Origin: an uncultured virus (IMG/VR IMGVR_UViG_3300035696_000032)
Lineage: Duplodnaviria > Heunggongvirae > Uroviricota > Caudoviricetes
DNA: 20,000 nt
IMG/VR virus record: IMGVR_UViG_3300035696_000032
Reading direction: 5' to 3' (one strand)
In this document: in pieces, positions 8,382 through 17,018 of the stretch
How the letters are laid out: every line of letters starts with the position of its first letter
Position numbering within the stretch: the stretch's first letter is position 1
Made by a program: the position numbers and the translations under genes
The notes under the pieces: model-generated
Told to the model about the DNA's origin: nothing
The model's input: only the letters and a program-made list of their open reading frames with translations
The model's database searches: none

Positions 8382-9099
8382 GGAACTCGGTCCACGTCTT
8401 GCCGTCGATGACGGCCTTCTCGTGAGACCGCTTGTCGGGGTGCCCGCCAAGCTGCTTCAGGAACACCGGCACATGGGCGTGCTGGCATCCCTCGATGAGC
8501 GCCGCCGCCGTCTGTAGGTTCATCGGCCGGCAGTGCACGCCGCTCTCGCCCCCGACGATGACCCACTCATAGAAGTTCAGGACCGTGTAGAAGTACTCCA
8601 CGGCGTTGGTGACCTTCTCCTCCAGCCACGGCTCCGCCGAGAGGAAGTGCACCCTCGCAGGGACCTGACCGAGGTACATTCCACGCTCGAACGCCAGGTC
8701 GTGCGTCTCCCCGGTCGTCCCGAGCCACACATTCGGCCATCCGCTTGGCCCCCAGTCATCCGGCAGGTGTTCGCTGATGCGCTCGGGGCGCTTCGTCAGT
8801 AGCTGGAACGTGTGCTGCGGGCAGCGGCGGATGATGTCCCATGCCTCAGCCCGCCATGCGTCGGCCTCCTCCAGGAAGAAGTCCGACATCGAGCAACTGA
8901 ACACGCGCCGGGGCTCCTTCCATCGGAGGGGCGCGCTGAACGTGGCCGGGGAGGCGCGGCGGACCTGGTTGAAGTCGTGCCCGAAACGGCGGTCGAGCGT
9001 CTCCGCGTAGCAGAACTTGCAGCCCGCGCTGACCTTATGGCAGCCCCGCCACGGGTTCCAGGTCGAGCCCGTCCATGCGATTCCCGTCTTCTCTCCCAT
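8371..9099 (-). CDS. DUF5131 / phage Gp37-Gp68 family protein (radical-SAM-like CX6CX2C)
   Basis: IAWTGSTWNPWRGCHKVSAGCKFCYAE, VFSCSMSDFF, HTFQLLTKRPER, FLSAEP, WVIVGGESG, PVFLKQLGG. Start ATG 9099. Confidence 0.92.
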   Translation of the reverse strand: MGEKTGIAWTGSTWNPWRGCHKVSAGCKFCYAETLDRRFGHDFNQVRRASPATFSAPLRWKEPRRVFSCSMSDFFLEEADAWRAEAWDIIRRCPQHTFQLLTKRPERISEHLPDDWGPSGWPNVWLGTTGETHDLAFERGMYLGQVPARVHFLSAEPWLEEKVTNAVEYFYTVLNFYEWVIVGGESGVHCRPMNLQTAAALIEGCQHAHVPVFLKQLGGHPDKRSHEKAVIDGKTWTEFPKG

Positions 9100-9120
9100 C
9101 GCCGGTGCTAGAGCATGTGA

Positions 9121-9130
9121 TAAATAAATA
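9121..9130 (-). promoter_or_regulatory. TATA box TATTTATTTA (minus strand)
   Basis: 31 nt upstream of ATG 9099. Confidence 0.65.
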
Positions 9131-9131
9131 C

Positions 9132-10553
9132 TTACGCACTGAAGGACATGAGGTCGGGCACGTCGGCCGAGCACCGCCTGCGCGCCATCTTCACGTACTC
9201 ATCCTTCAACTCGACCCCGATGGAGCGACGGCCGAGGCCGCGAGCCACGGTCATCGTCGTACCAGAGCCGGCGAATGGGTCGAGTACGATGCAGGGCGTC
9301 GGCTCGGAGGCTTCGCAGGAGCACGTCGGCGACCATCCCTTCGTCTCGCGCTTCGTCGCCGTGGACGTCCCGTAGATGGATGAGAGGGTCCTCGGCTCCC
9401 AGCCCCCGCGACGTCCGCTGTTGTCGAGGTAGGAGTCGTCGACGTCTTCGTACGACTCCATGTACCCCTCGGGCCGTTTGACGTCGACGTCCCGTTCGTA
9501 CGGCGCCCCACACTTGGCGCAGCATCCCTTCTCGCTCGTCCCGAGCAGGATGCACCGCCGAGGAATCTCCTCGGGGAAGGTGGCGAAGTGCGCCTCTTTG
9601 TAGGGCTGGGTCGGGACCTGCCAGACCGTCCGCAAGTTCGCGCCGGACTCCGGCGGGACGTATCGGTCGTTGAACCCGGTGTACGTGTTCTTGCCGAGGG
9701 CGTCCTGCTTCCGTTGCATGTTGGCGATGATGCGGCTCTTGGTCTCGCTCGGGTCCTGGGCCCCCGTCCCCTCGTAGAGTTTGGTCGCCGTGCCGTTGTA
9801 GCCCTGCGCGACTTCCCTCACGGTGGATTGGGCGAGGGCCGTCCGCACGGCGTCCTGGTCGTAGAAATACCTCTCGCTCTTCGTGAGGAGAAAGATGTAC
9901 TCGTGCGCCCGGCTCGGGCGGTCCGTTATCGACTCGGGCATGGGATTGTTCTTCGACCAGACGACGTCCGAGCGCAGCCACCACCCGTCGTCCTGGAGCG
10001 CGAAGGCGACCCGCCACGGGATGCCCACCAGGTCTTTCGGCTTGAGGGTCGCGTGCTTCCTCGGCCGGTCGCCCGGGGAGTAGGCCGCCTTCCCCACGTC
10101 CTTCTGGCCCCCGCCGGTGGCGAAGTACGAGTCGCCCAGGTTCCACCACATCACACCATCGTCACGGAGGACGCGCCGAATCTCTCGGCAGATTTCGACC
10201 GTGTGGGCGACGTATAGCTCGGGAGTCGGTTCGAGGCCGAACTCGCCCCGCCACGCACCGCAGGCGCAGAAGGCGCCGCGCTCGGAACCCCGAGCGTAGT
10301 CCTCGCCGCGATTGTTCTTGTCGGTCGGCGTTCCGGACCCGCCCTTCGCGTCACCGGGAATCGGGTCCAGCCATCGGTGCTGGCACTCCGCGTCCCCGCC
10401 CCACACCTGCGGCTCGGTCCCGTACGCGCGGAGCCCCCAGTACGGCGGGCTCGTCACGACGCACTGAACGGACTTCTCGGGCAGGGAGCGGAGTACGTCG
10501 ATGACGTGCCCACAGAGGATGAGAGGCTTCAGGTCCGCCGGGAGGTCGGTCAC
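9132..10553 (-). CDS. Beta-class amino DNA methyltransferase (N4-cytosine/N6-adenine)
   Basis: Catalytic VVTSPPYW near the N-terminus, NLGDSY, KDLVGIPWRVAFALQ, HFATFPEE, and SAM-binding VLDPFAGSGTT near the C-terminus. GTG 10553 overlaps the primase stop. Confidence 0.93.
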   Translation of the reverse strand: MTDLPADLKPLILCGHVIDVLRSLPEKSVQCVVTSPPYWGLRAYGTEPQVWGGDAECQHRWLDPIPGDAKGGSGTPTDKNNRGEDYARGSERGAFCACGAWRGEFGLEPTPELYVAHTVEICREIRRVLRDDGVMWWNLGDSYFATGGGQKDVGKAAYSPGDRPRKHATLKPKDLVGIPWRVAFALQDDGWWLRSDVVWSKNNPMPESITDRPSRAHEYIFLLTKSERYFYDQDAVRTALAQSTVREVAQGYNGTATKLYEGTGAQDPSETKSRIIANMQRKQDALGKNTYTGFNDRYVPPESGANLRTVWQVPTQPYKEAHFATFPEEIPRRCILLGTSEKGCCAKCGAPYERDVDVKRPEGYMESYEDVDDSYLDNSGRRGGWEPRTLSSIYGTSTATKRETKGWSPTCSCEASEPTPCIVLDPFAGSGTTMTVARGLGRRSIGVELKDEYVKMARRRCSADVPDLMSFSA

Positions 10554-13294
10554 TGAGCCTCGTCCTTTCCGTGCGAATCGTACCACCGACAGGCCGGGCA
10601 GGCGTAGCAGACGTGGTTCTCCAGGGTCGTGCAGAGGGTGCAGTTGGGATGCGTCGGCCGATTGACCGGCGGAGTCTTGACGCCCAATTCATCGCCCGTC
10701 CCGGGGATGCCTCCGACCATGTTCCGGGCAGCCTCCGGAGGGGTCGGGGGTGATGGGGGCGAGGTTGCGGGGGGAGGAGGGGGTTCTGCCTCTCCAAGCC
10801 GCTCCCGGGCCCTATCCGCACGCGTCGTTTGCCCGTCGAAGAGGTCCTCAGGGTCGGCTCGGGGGGGTTCGCGTTCTACGTGTTCTACCTGTTCTACATC
10901 CTTTCCCAGCATTACCCCCCTCTCCACGCGCGTAGGGGTTATCCCGGAAATGGGTGTAGTATCGGTAGAACCCGTAGAACCGGCGAGGCTCGGAGCCGGC
11001 ACGGGCTCGTCCAGCCCCGAAGCCTTCAATCGCACCCCCATCCACACCCGGACGCTCTTTCCGGAGCGTCCTCCGGGCTTGGCGACCGTCGCATGAACGC
11101 CCGGAACAAGGTGGGGTAGTTCGATTCCCACGTCGGTCTGAGACCGTGCCTCTACCCCGTGGTCCTCGCAGAACTCGGCGTACGTCGCATAGAACTCGTT
11201 CTTGGCGACCCACGACCCGCGCTCCCGAATGATGACTTCCTCGGCGAACCACGCCAGGGAGTCCGACAAGCGGCGCCACCGCTGCCGAGTCTCCTCCACG
11301 GAACCGGTGTCGGGGAAGCGCCCCCGCGCGAGGAGCCGGTCGAGTCCGGCCAGCGCCCAGTTGAGGATGCCCGGCGCCTCTTCGAGGAGTTTCGATTCGA
11401 GGAACGGAACCTGACGGTCCTGTGGGATTTGGACGCCGAACTCCAGGGTCACCCACCGGCGGAAGAAGGCATCGTCCCCCCAGGGAACGGCGGGCAGCGC
11501 GTTGGCCGAGAAGATGAGCTTCGCGGGGTTCACGAAGGCGAACGGGGCCTGGAACTTCTTCTCGGCGGGGACGTGGTCCGAACCGCCCGTGAGCATCTTG
11601 AACAGGCCGACGTCTTTGATGAGCCGTGGCGAGAGGTCGGTGTAGATGTTGGCGAGCTTGCTGAAGAGCCCCGCCGAAGCGAACCGGTTGTCGGCCAGCG
11701 ACTGAAGCGCAATCGTGCTCGTGTTCTCGTCGCCGAGGAGACCGCGCAGTACTTCGAGGAGGGTGGACTTCCCCGAGTCGAACTCTCCCATCAGGAAGAA
11801 GGCGACCTTGTACGGATTCCCCGGTCGCAGGCAGTAGCCGAACATCTCCTGAATGACGTCCTGCTTGTCCTGTTGGGGCAGGACCTCCGATAGGAACTTC
11901 AGAAAGTTCGGGCAGGTGGCGTCGGGGTCGTAGTCGACGGGCAGCCGCATCACGAAGTGGTGGTCCGGCGAGTGGTCGACCTTCACCCGCGGTGAGACAT
12001 CGAGGTCGAGGACGCCGTTGTTCAGGCAAAGACGGCCCGGCGGGTTCAGCGAGTCGCGCTCCAAGTAGGTCGAACGCTTGACGGAGTCAACGCTCTCCGC
12101 GACGAACCGCTGCGTCGCGGTCCGGTCCCTCTCGCGGTGCTTCATCTCAATCCACTCGCCCATGAACGCGAGGGCCCCGCCGTTGTAGACACCGTGTCGG
12201 TCGTAGAGGAGAACCTCGCCGGTGTCGCGCAGCGTGATGAAGGAGTACGTCTTCTGGAGCGCCGTCACGAAGGCCAACCGATTCGGCTCCTCGTGTTCCT
12301 TCGCGCCTTCACCGACCACATTCCAGAGCGGCGGGACCTCGGGAGGAATCGGCAGCGCGAGCAGCGCGCGTCGAAGTTCATCCTTCATCGCGTGCGCTTC
12401 TGCTCCCTTGGGCCATGCGCCCTTCTGGTCACGGCCCCAGGAAGCCGCCGGCGACTCCGGCCGCGTCGTCGTGGGAGGGAGTCCCGGAACAGGCGTGGTG
12501 CCTGGTCCCGCCGGCCCCGACGGAGGAGACGGGCTCTCGGGCGCCGGGCGGTAAAACTTCAGCATCGCCGACCGCGCCGCAGGGATGAGTTCCCCCTCGT
12601 GCGTTTCCCAGTCGTCGAGCGACTCGCGCACGATGGCGCGAAGTTGCCGGACCAGGGTTCCCTCGTCGATGCCCGCGATGCGCGAGACGAGCGAGGCCGC
12701 CGTCGAGACGATGAAGTCGTGGTGCCGACCGTGCGGGATGCGACCGTCCTGCCCCATCGGGAACTGCCGGCCCGTCGGGCTCCGCTTCTCTTCGAGGACC
12801 TTGAGGAGCCAGGGCGGAGGAAACGGAAGCCGCGTATCGAAGATGCTCTTCTCCCATGCGTAGCAGTTGCCCGATGGGTGTGGCGAGGGGGCCACGACGA
12901 TGTAACCGCCCTCGGCGCGCAGGTCGAGCCCCGGCCGAAAACCGACCGTGTTGCTGACGAGCCCGCCCGGGTATTGCAAGAGGAAGTGTCGGCCACCGCC
13001 GCCCGTTCGAGCGACCGGACCGTCCGGCAACGGCCCGAACTCCGCCGTCAGCGCCGCGAGTGACTCCGTGCCGCCGTGCCGTGGGTCCTCGTCGACCACG
13101 ATGAAGCCCGTGCTGTCGCCGGTCGGGACGCCGATGGAGGCGTCGGGCCATCGCGTCCACCACTCGCGGACCAGGTCAGTGTCGAGTGTCCGGTCTTTGA
13201 ACCCATGTTCCGTCAGGGGCGACTTGTCGAGCTTGCACGGGAAAACGGGGAACCCGTGGCGCACGTACTCCAGAGCCGCGTCGAGCAGGGTCAT
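10550..13294 (-). CDS. Bifunctional Prim-Pol (AEP) fused to D5/P4-type SF3 helicase
   Basis: GFPVFPC, VVDEDPRHGG, RTGGGGRHF, DLRAEGGYIVVAPSPHPSG; Pro-rich linker; LCLNNGVLDL, YDPDATCPNF, Walker A GEFDSGKST, KMLTGG, KLIFSAN, AFFRRW; wHTH-like region; C-terminal Cys cluster. Start ATG 13294. Confidence 0.93.
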   Translation of the reverse strand: MTLLDAALEYVRHGFPVFPCKLDKSPLTEHGFKDRTLDTDLVREWWTRWPDASIGVPTGDSTGFIVVDEDPRHGGTESLAALTAEFGPLPDGPVARTGGGGRHFLLQYPGGLVSNTVGFRPGLDLRAEGGYIVVAPSPHPSGNCYAWEKSIFDTRLPFPPPWLLKVLEEKRSPTGRQFPMGQDGRIPHGRHHDFIVSTAASLVSRIAGIDEGTLVRQLRAIVRESLDDWETHEGELIPAARSAMLKFYRPAPESPSPPSGPAGPGTTPVPGLPPTTTRPESPAASWGRDQKGAWPKGAEAHAMKDELRRALLALPIPPEVPPLWNVVGEGAKEHEEPNRLAFVTALQKTYSFITLRDTGEVLLYDRHGVYNGGALAFMGEWIEMKHRERDRTATQRFVAESVDSVKRSTYLERDSLNPPGRLCLNNGVLDLDVSPRVKVDHSPDHHFVMRLPVDYDPDATCPNFLKFLSEVLPQQDKQDVIQEMFGYCLRPGNPYKVAFFLMGEFDSGKSTLLEVLRGLLGDENTSTIALQSLADNRFASAGLFSKLANIYTDLSPRLIKDVGLFKMLTGGSDHVPAEKKFQAPFAFVNPAKLIFSANALPAVPWGDDAFFRRWVTLEFGVQIPQDRQVPFLESKLLEEAPGILNWALAGLDRLLARGRFPDTGSVEETRQRWRRLSDSLAWFAEEVIIRERGSWVAKNEFYATYAEFCEDHGVEARSQTDVGIELPHLVPGVHATVAKPGGRSGKSVRVWMGVRLKASGLDEPVPAPSLAGSTGSTDTTPISGITPTRVERGVMLGKDVEQVEHVEREPPRADPEDLFDGQTTRADRARERLGEAEPPPPPATSPPSPPTPPEAARNMVGGIPGTGDELGVKTPPVNRPTHPNCTLCTTLENHVCYACPACRWYDSHGKDEAQ
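10873..10980. repeat. Inverted iteron-like arrays, putative replication origin
   Basis: GTTCTAC at 10873, 10882, 10891 and the reverse complement GTAGAAC at 10965, 10974 (degenerate GTAGTAT at 10956), all with 9-bp period. Palindrome ACGCGCGT near the centre (10926-10933). Confidence 0.6.
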
Positions 13295-13470
13295 ACCTTC
13301 TCGCACGGTAGGCCGACGTGCAGGACCCGCCCGCAGAGCGGGCAGGCTGGAATGATGTTGCCGCAGACGGGGCACGGCGTCTCAGGCCGTGACTCGTCAG
13401 AAATCGGGCTCCCGCAGTCGGGGCATTTGAAAAAAGCGCGGGAGTCTCCCCTCGGAGGCGGGCTCTCCAT
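13291..13470 (-). CDS. Small triple-CPxCG zinc-ribbon protein (59 aa)
   Basis: MESPPPRGDSRAFFKCPDCGSPISDESRPETPCPVCGNIIPACPLCGRVLHVGLPCEKV; ATGA overlap with the primase start. Not in the track. Confidence 0.8.
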   Translation of the reverse strand: MESPPPRGDSRAFFKCPDCGSPISDESRPETPCPVCGNIIPACPLCGRVLHVGLPCEKV

Positions 13471-13835
13471 GCGTCCGCCCTCTCAGAGTTGGATTCGAGG
13501 GCGGTCCGTAAGGGCCAGAGCGATGACCGGGTCAGGCGACTTTTCTTCTTTCGCGCTCGCTGCTAGAAAGAACATGGCGAGGGCCCCAACCGCATCGCGG
13601 TATTTGTATGCTACGCTCCAGTGGCAGCGCAGCCGCTCGTCGATGGGGCGTGGGCACCCACGGGCCATGTTCTCAGCGAGGCCGAGTACTTCCGCGGGCG
13701 CCCGAGACCGATTACTAGGAAAGGGAGTCACGATATAAGGGTTCGCGCCGAAGATTATGTACCCCTACCGTGCCGGAGGCCGTTTCACGACCTCTGGCGG
13801 GTGCTTTATCATCATCAGTAGCCTGTCGGGTTTCG

Positions 13836-13952
13836 ATGAAGAGGCCGAACCGGTGCCAACGGTGCGGTTACGAGTGGGTCCCTCGAAAGAAGGACCCCGT
13901 CGCCTGCCCGCGGTGCCACAGCTTCTACTGGAGGAAGAAGAAAGATGGCTGA
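13836..13952 (+). CDS. Small Zn-ribbon protein (38 aa), CxRCGxxWxPR...CPxCxSxxW type
   Basis: MKRPNRCQRCGYEWVPRKKDPVACPRCHSFYW; TATA-like TTTATCAT about 30 nt upstream; overlaps the Bet start. Confidence 0.8.
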   Translation: MKRPNRCQRCGYEWVPRKKDPVACPRCHSFYWRKKKDG

Positions 13953-14772
13953 GAAGGGAAGCGCGACGAAGGCACAAATCGGCTACCTGAAGGACCTCGG
14001 CGTAGAGGAGACCCCCTCGGGTCTCAGCTTCGAAGAGGCCAGCGCGTGGATTGACGAGGTGAAGGAGTATCGTCGGGTCTCCGAGCGCGGGACAATTCCC
14101 GAGAAGCCCACCCGCACGGACCTCCTCACGGTCCCGCCCGGTCGAGGCAAGCCCGCGGAGTCGGCCCCGGAGCCGGTGGCCGTCGCCAAGCCCGCCGCTG
14201 AGCAGGCCGACTTCAAGACCGCGCTCGATGTGATGGACGAGAAGAAGACGCACGGCCGGCTCACCCTGGAGCAGGTCACCATCCTCAAGTCGCTCGGCCG
14301 ATTCCCACCCGACGCGAGCCCCAACGAGATGGCGTTCGGGATGAACGTCGCCAACCGCCTCGGGCTGAGCCCGCTGAAGAAGCAAATCCGCTTCCTGCGG
14401 TTCAGCCGCAGCGAGCCCATCGAGCCGTTCGTCACCATCGACGGCCTGAGCAGCATCGCCGCCAGGACCGGCAAGTACGCCGGCATGGACCCGGTCGCCG
14501 TCGACGTGGACCCCGAGAACCAGAACATCCCCATCTCGGCGAGCGCCACCGTCTATCGGATGGTCGAGGGCCAGCGGTGCCCCTTCACCTCGACCGTACG
14601 GTGGAAGGAGTTCGCCAAGAAGGACCGAGAGGGGAACCTCACGCGGGCCTGGGCCGAGATGCCGACCTTCATGCTCTCGAAGGTGGCCCGGGCCCAGGCG
14701 TTGCGGATGGCCTTCCCCGAGGAGTTGTCGGGCGTCTACGAGATGGACGAAGCTCCGGTCGAAGAGGGCTGA
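13945..14772 (+). CDS. bet: Phage recombination protein Bet/RecT-family single-strand annealing protein
   Basis: LGLSPLKKQI, VTIDGLSSIAARTGKYAG, ATVYR, PFTSTVRWKEF, WAEMPTFMLSKVARAQALRMAFPEELSGVY. Confidence 0.88.
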   Translation: MAEKGSATKAQIGYLKDLGVEETPSGLSFEEASAWIDEVKEYRRVSERGTIPEKPTRTDLLTVPPGRGKPAESAPEPVAVAKPAAEQADFKTALDVMDEKKTHGRLTLEQVTILKSLGRFPPDASPNEMAFGMNVANRLGLSPLKKQIRFLRFSRSEPIEPFVTIDGLSSIAARTGKYAGMDPVAVDVDPENQNIPISASATVYRMVEGQRCPFTSTVRWKEFAKKDREGNLTRAWAEMPTFMLSKVARAQALRMAFPEELSGVYEMDEAPVEEG

Positions 14773-14816
14773 GGCCCTGCTGGAAGGCCCGTCAGGCCAA
14801 CCCTTTCCCCCTGCGA

Positions 14817-14830
14817 TATTTATTTATCTA
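14817..14830 (+). promoter_or_regulatory. TATA box TATTTATTTATCTA
   Basis: Intergenic AT island matching the recurrent motif. Confidence 0.6.
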
Positions 14831-14882
14831 TGCCCCGCCTTAGGTTGTCTGAGCGCCGAGGGCGCCAGAAGGTAGAATCAGC

Positions 14883-15806
14883 ATGAGCGCAACCGAGAAC
14901 CTGCCGTTCAAGAGTCGGCGAGTCAGCATCAACTCGACCACCATCAAGACCCTCGCCCGCATGGAGAACCCGCGACCGCTGCGCGAGAGCCACGTCCTGC
15001 ATCTCGTCCGGGTCGCCCGCGCGGGCAAGCCCTTCGAGGGCAGCTTCGTCGTCAACGACGTCGGCGGCGGAGGCCGAGAGCGGTTCCGCCTCATCGACGG
15101 GAACCACCGACTGGAGGCCGTGAAGCGCGTCCTCTCTGACGACCCGTCCTTCCGCATGGAGGTGGAGTTCCACATCTACGACCACCTGACCGAGGCCCTG
15201 GAAATCGAACTCTTCGACCGCGTCAACCGAGTCACGAACGTGACCAACCTCGACCGCCTGACGAACCGCCGGGCCCACATCGCCATCATGGAGATGATGG
15301 AGTCCGACTTCCCGTACACCGTGACCTTCCGGCCCGGGCCCATCAAAGAGGGCATGAGCGGGCTCTCGCTCCTGAAGGCGTACGTCGACCGGCACCGACC
15401 CTGGCGGCGCGTCGGCGTGAGCGCGGACGAGCGGCAGAAGTTCTTCGACGCCCTCTCCTCCCTCGGCCCGAAGGACCACGCGGCGCTGAAGGAGTTCGGC
15501 GACGCCTTCCTCACGGGCTTCGGGACGCCGGGGAACCTCAACCCGATGTCGAAGTTCACCGGGCTGGAGGTGGCCGTCAAGACCTACTTCCAGAGCGTGG
15601 ACGGTGGGTTCGTGGACGCCGACGAAATCCCGCGCCGGTGGAAGTCGGCCTTCGACGACCAGGTCCGCATCGCCGTGCAGAACACCTCCATCGGGGCGTT
15701 CAAGTTCGCCCACGGCCTGCTCGTCACCAAGATGAACGAGGGGCACAAGAAGAACCTCGTGCCGACCCTGACCGAGTTCGCCGCGAAGTGGGGAGACGCG
15801 CCGTAA
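14883..15806 (+). CDS. ParB/Srx-like N-terminal domain protein (DGxHR motif)
   Basis: NPRPL...FRLIDGNHRLEA...ELFDRVN pattern typical of ParB-like/DGQHR domains. Confidence 0.7.
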   Translation: MSATENLPFKSRRVSINSTTIKTLARMENPRPLRESHVLHLVRVARAGKPFEGSFVVNDVGGGGRERFRLIDGNHRLEAVKRVLSDDPSFRMEVEFHIYDHLTEALEIELFDRVNRVTNVTNLDRLTNRRAHIAIMEMMESDFPYTVTFRPGPIKEGMSGLSLLKAYVDRHRPWRRVGVSADERQKFFDALSSLGPKDHAALKEFGDAFLTGFGTPGNLNPMSKFTGLEVAVKTYFQSVDGGFVDADEIPRRWKSAFDDQVRIAVQNTSIGAFKFAHGLLVTKMNEGHKKNLVPTLTEFAAKWGDAP

Positions 15807-16252
15807 TGTCGCGCGCCAAGTCCTCGCGCCCGTCGATGACGGACGAGCAGTACGATGCGTGGCGGCTCAAGAGCCGTGCCGAGCGGGAGGCGGTCATCGT
15901 CGAGCGCCTCATGGAGGGGAAGCTCATCCTCGGGCACGTCGATTACAAGTACGACGGCCCAGCCGACTTCCCGATGAACACGCTGTCCGAGTACATCAGC
16001 CGATGGAAGGAGCAGGGGTTCATCACCGGCTTCGTCCCGCGCTTCAGCGGTGCGGGTATCGAGTATTTCCGGGGCCTCCACAACATCCAGAACGCGCTTC
16101 CCCGCGAGCCGATTCCTGAGTTGGTCGCGGCTCCCGGCAAGTGCCCATACTGTGGCAAGCCCGAGCCCCACGAGAAGAAAGTGAAGTGCATCGTGACGGA
16201 GACCATCGAGACGGTGGTCAAGGGCGAAGTCCAAGTACCCCCACCGACGTAG
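15806..16252 (+). CDS. Hypothetical protein with CPYCG...H...C Zn motif (148 aa)
   Basis: TAATG overlap with the previous stop; start reassigned to ATG 15806. Confidence 0.75.
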   Translation: MSRAKSSRPSMTDEQYDAWRLKSRAEREAVIVERLMEGKLILGHVDYKYDGPADFPMNTLSEYISRWKEQGFITGFVPRFSGAGIEYFRGLHNIQNALPREPIPELVAAPGKCPYCGKPEPHEKKVKCIVTETIETVVKGEVQVPPPT

Positions 16253-16259
16253 GGGCGGC

Positions 16260-16658
16260 GTGCACAAGTCCACCTGGAAGAAGGGCGAGCAGGTCCTCGC
16301 CAAGTTCTTCGGCACGACGCGCACCCCGCTCTCGGGCGGCAACTCGAAGCAAACGCGGAGCGACTCGCTCCACAAGCGGCTCTACTTCGAGATGAAGAAA
16401 GGGAAGCACGTCCCCAGGACGCTCGCGTCCATCCTCGAACTCTACCGCACCACCGAGCAGCGCGCGGAGAAGGAGGGCAAGGTTCCCATTCTCGTCATCC
16501 GCCAGGCCGGCACCGCCGCCCCTACGGCACAGTGGCTCGGATGGATTCGCCTCACCTACCTCGGCATCCCGCGCGACATGGTCGTCGCGGTGTCACTGGG
16601 CGACCTCCGCGAGTACTTCGAGTCCAGTCCTGGAGCCGAGGAGCCGACTACTTCGTGA
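16260..16658 (+). CDS. Hjc-like PD-(D/E)xK nuclease, putative Holliday junction resolvase
   Basis: WKKGEQVLAKFFG (E helix), RTPLSGG, SD...YFEMKK catalytic motif, GKVPILVIR. Confidence 0.75.
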   Translation: MHKSTWKKGEQVLAKFFGTTRTPLSGGNSKQTRSDSLHKRLYFEMKKGKHVPRTLASILELYRTTEQRAEKEGKVPILVIRQAGTAAPTAQWLGWIRLTYLGIPRDMVVAVSLGDLREYFESSPGAEEPTTS

Positions 16659-16929
16659 CCTTCCTCTCGATGGCCGCCAAGAGGCGGGCCCAGTCGCGCG
16701 CAAGGACGTCGAACTTCCTCTGGACGGTGGCGAGCTTACTCTTGAAGCGCGCGTCCGCCCCGGCGATTTCGCCCGCCGACTTGACGGCCGGCCAGTCGAT
16801 GTCGCCGTGAGCCACGATGTAAGCCTCATGGCTGAGGTCCCAAGCCAAGTGACTCAGGTCCTTTCCGCGCTGCTGAATGTCGTTCAGGAGCCGCTGGCAC
16901 TCGTCCGGTACGGCCGCCTTCCGCGTCAT
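16648..16929 (-). CDS. Small helical/coiled-coil protein (93 aa)
   Basis: Minus-strand TTTATATA (16954-16961) upstream of ATG 16929; amphipathic helices. Confidence 0.65.
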   Translation of the reverse strand: MTRKAAVPDECQRLLNDIQQRGKDLSHLAWDLSHEAYIVAHGDIDWPAVKSAGEIAGADARFKSKLATVQRKFDVLARDWARLLAAIERKVTK

Positions 16930-17018
16930 CGCCGCCCGGATGGGAGGCCGTCATATATAAACAGCGGCAGGGCATAGCCCTTAAGTGCATGTAATTTAAT
17001 GGCACGGGTAGGTGCAGC

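Noticed and set aside
5390..13294. Inteins in the SNF2 helicase or primase-helicase
   Set aside because: No intein-like C/S...HN-C/S/T boundaries or LAGLIDADG motifs seen; the extra length is explained by N-terminal domains and Pro-rich linkers.
13483..13731. Minus-strand 82-aa ORF upstream of the Zn-ribbon/primase operon
   Set aside because: No recognisable motif and an ambiguous start (13731, 13668 or 13575). It may be real but cannot be supported.
9132..16658. Restriction-modification pair (MTase plus PD-(D/E)xK nuclease)
   Set aside because: The nuclease is about 6 kb away in another operon, and its size and motifs fit an Hjc-like resolvase.
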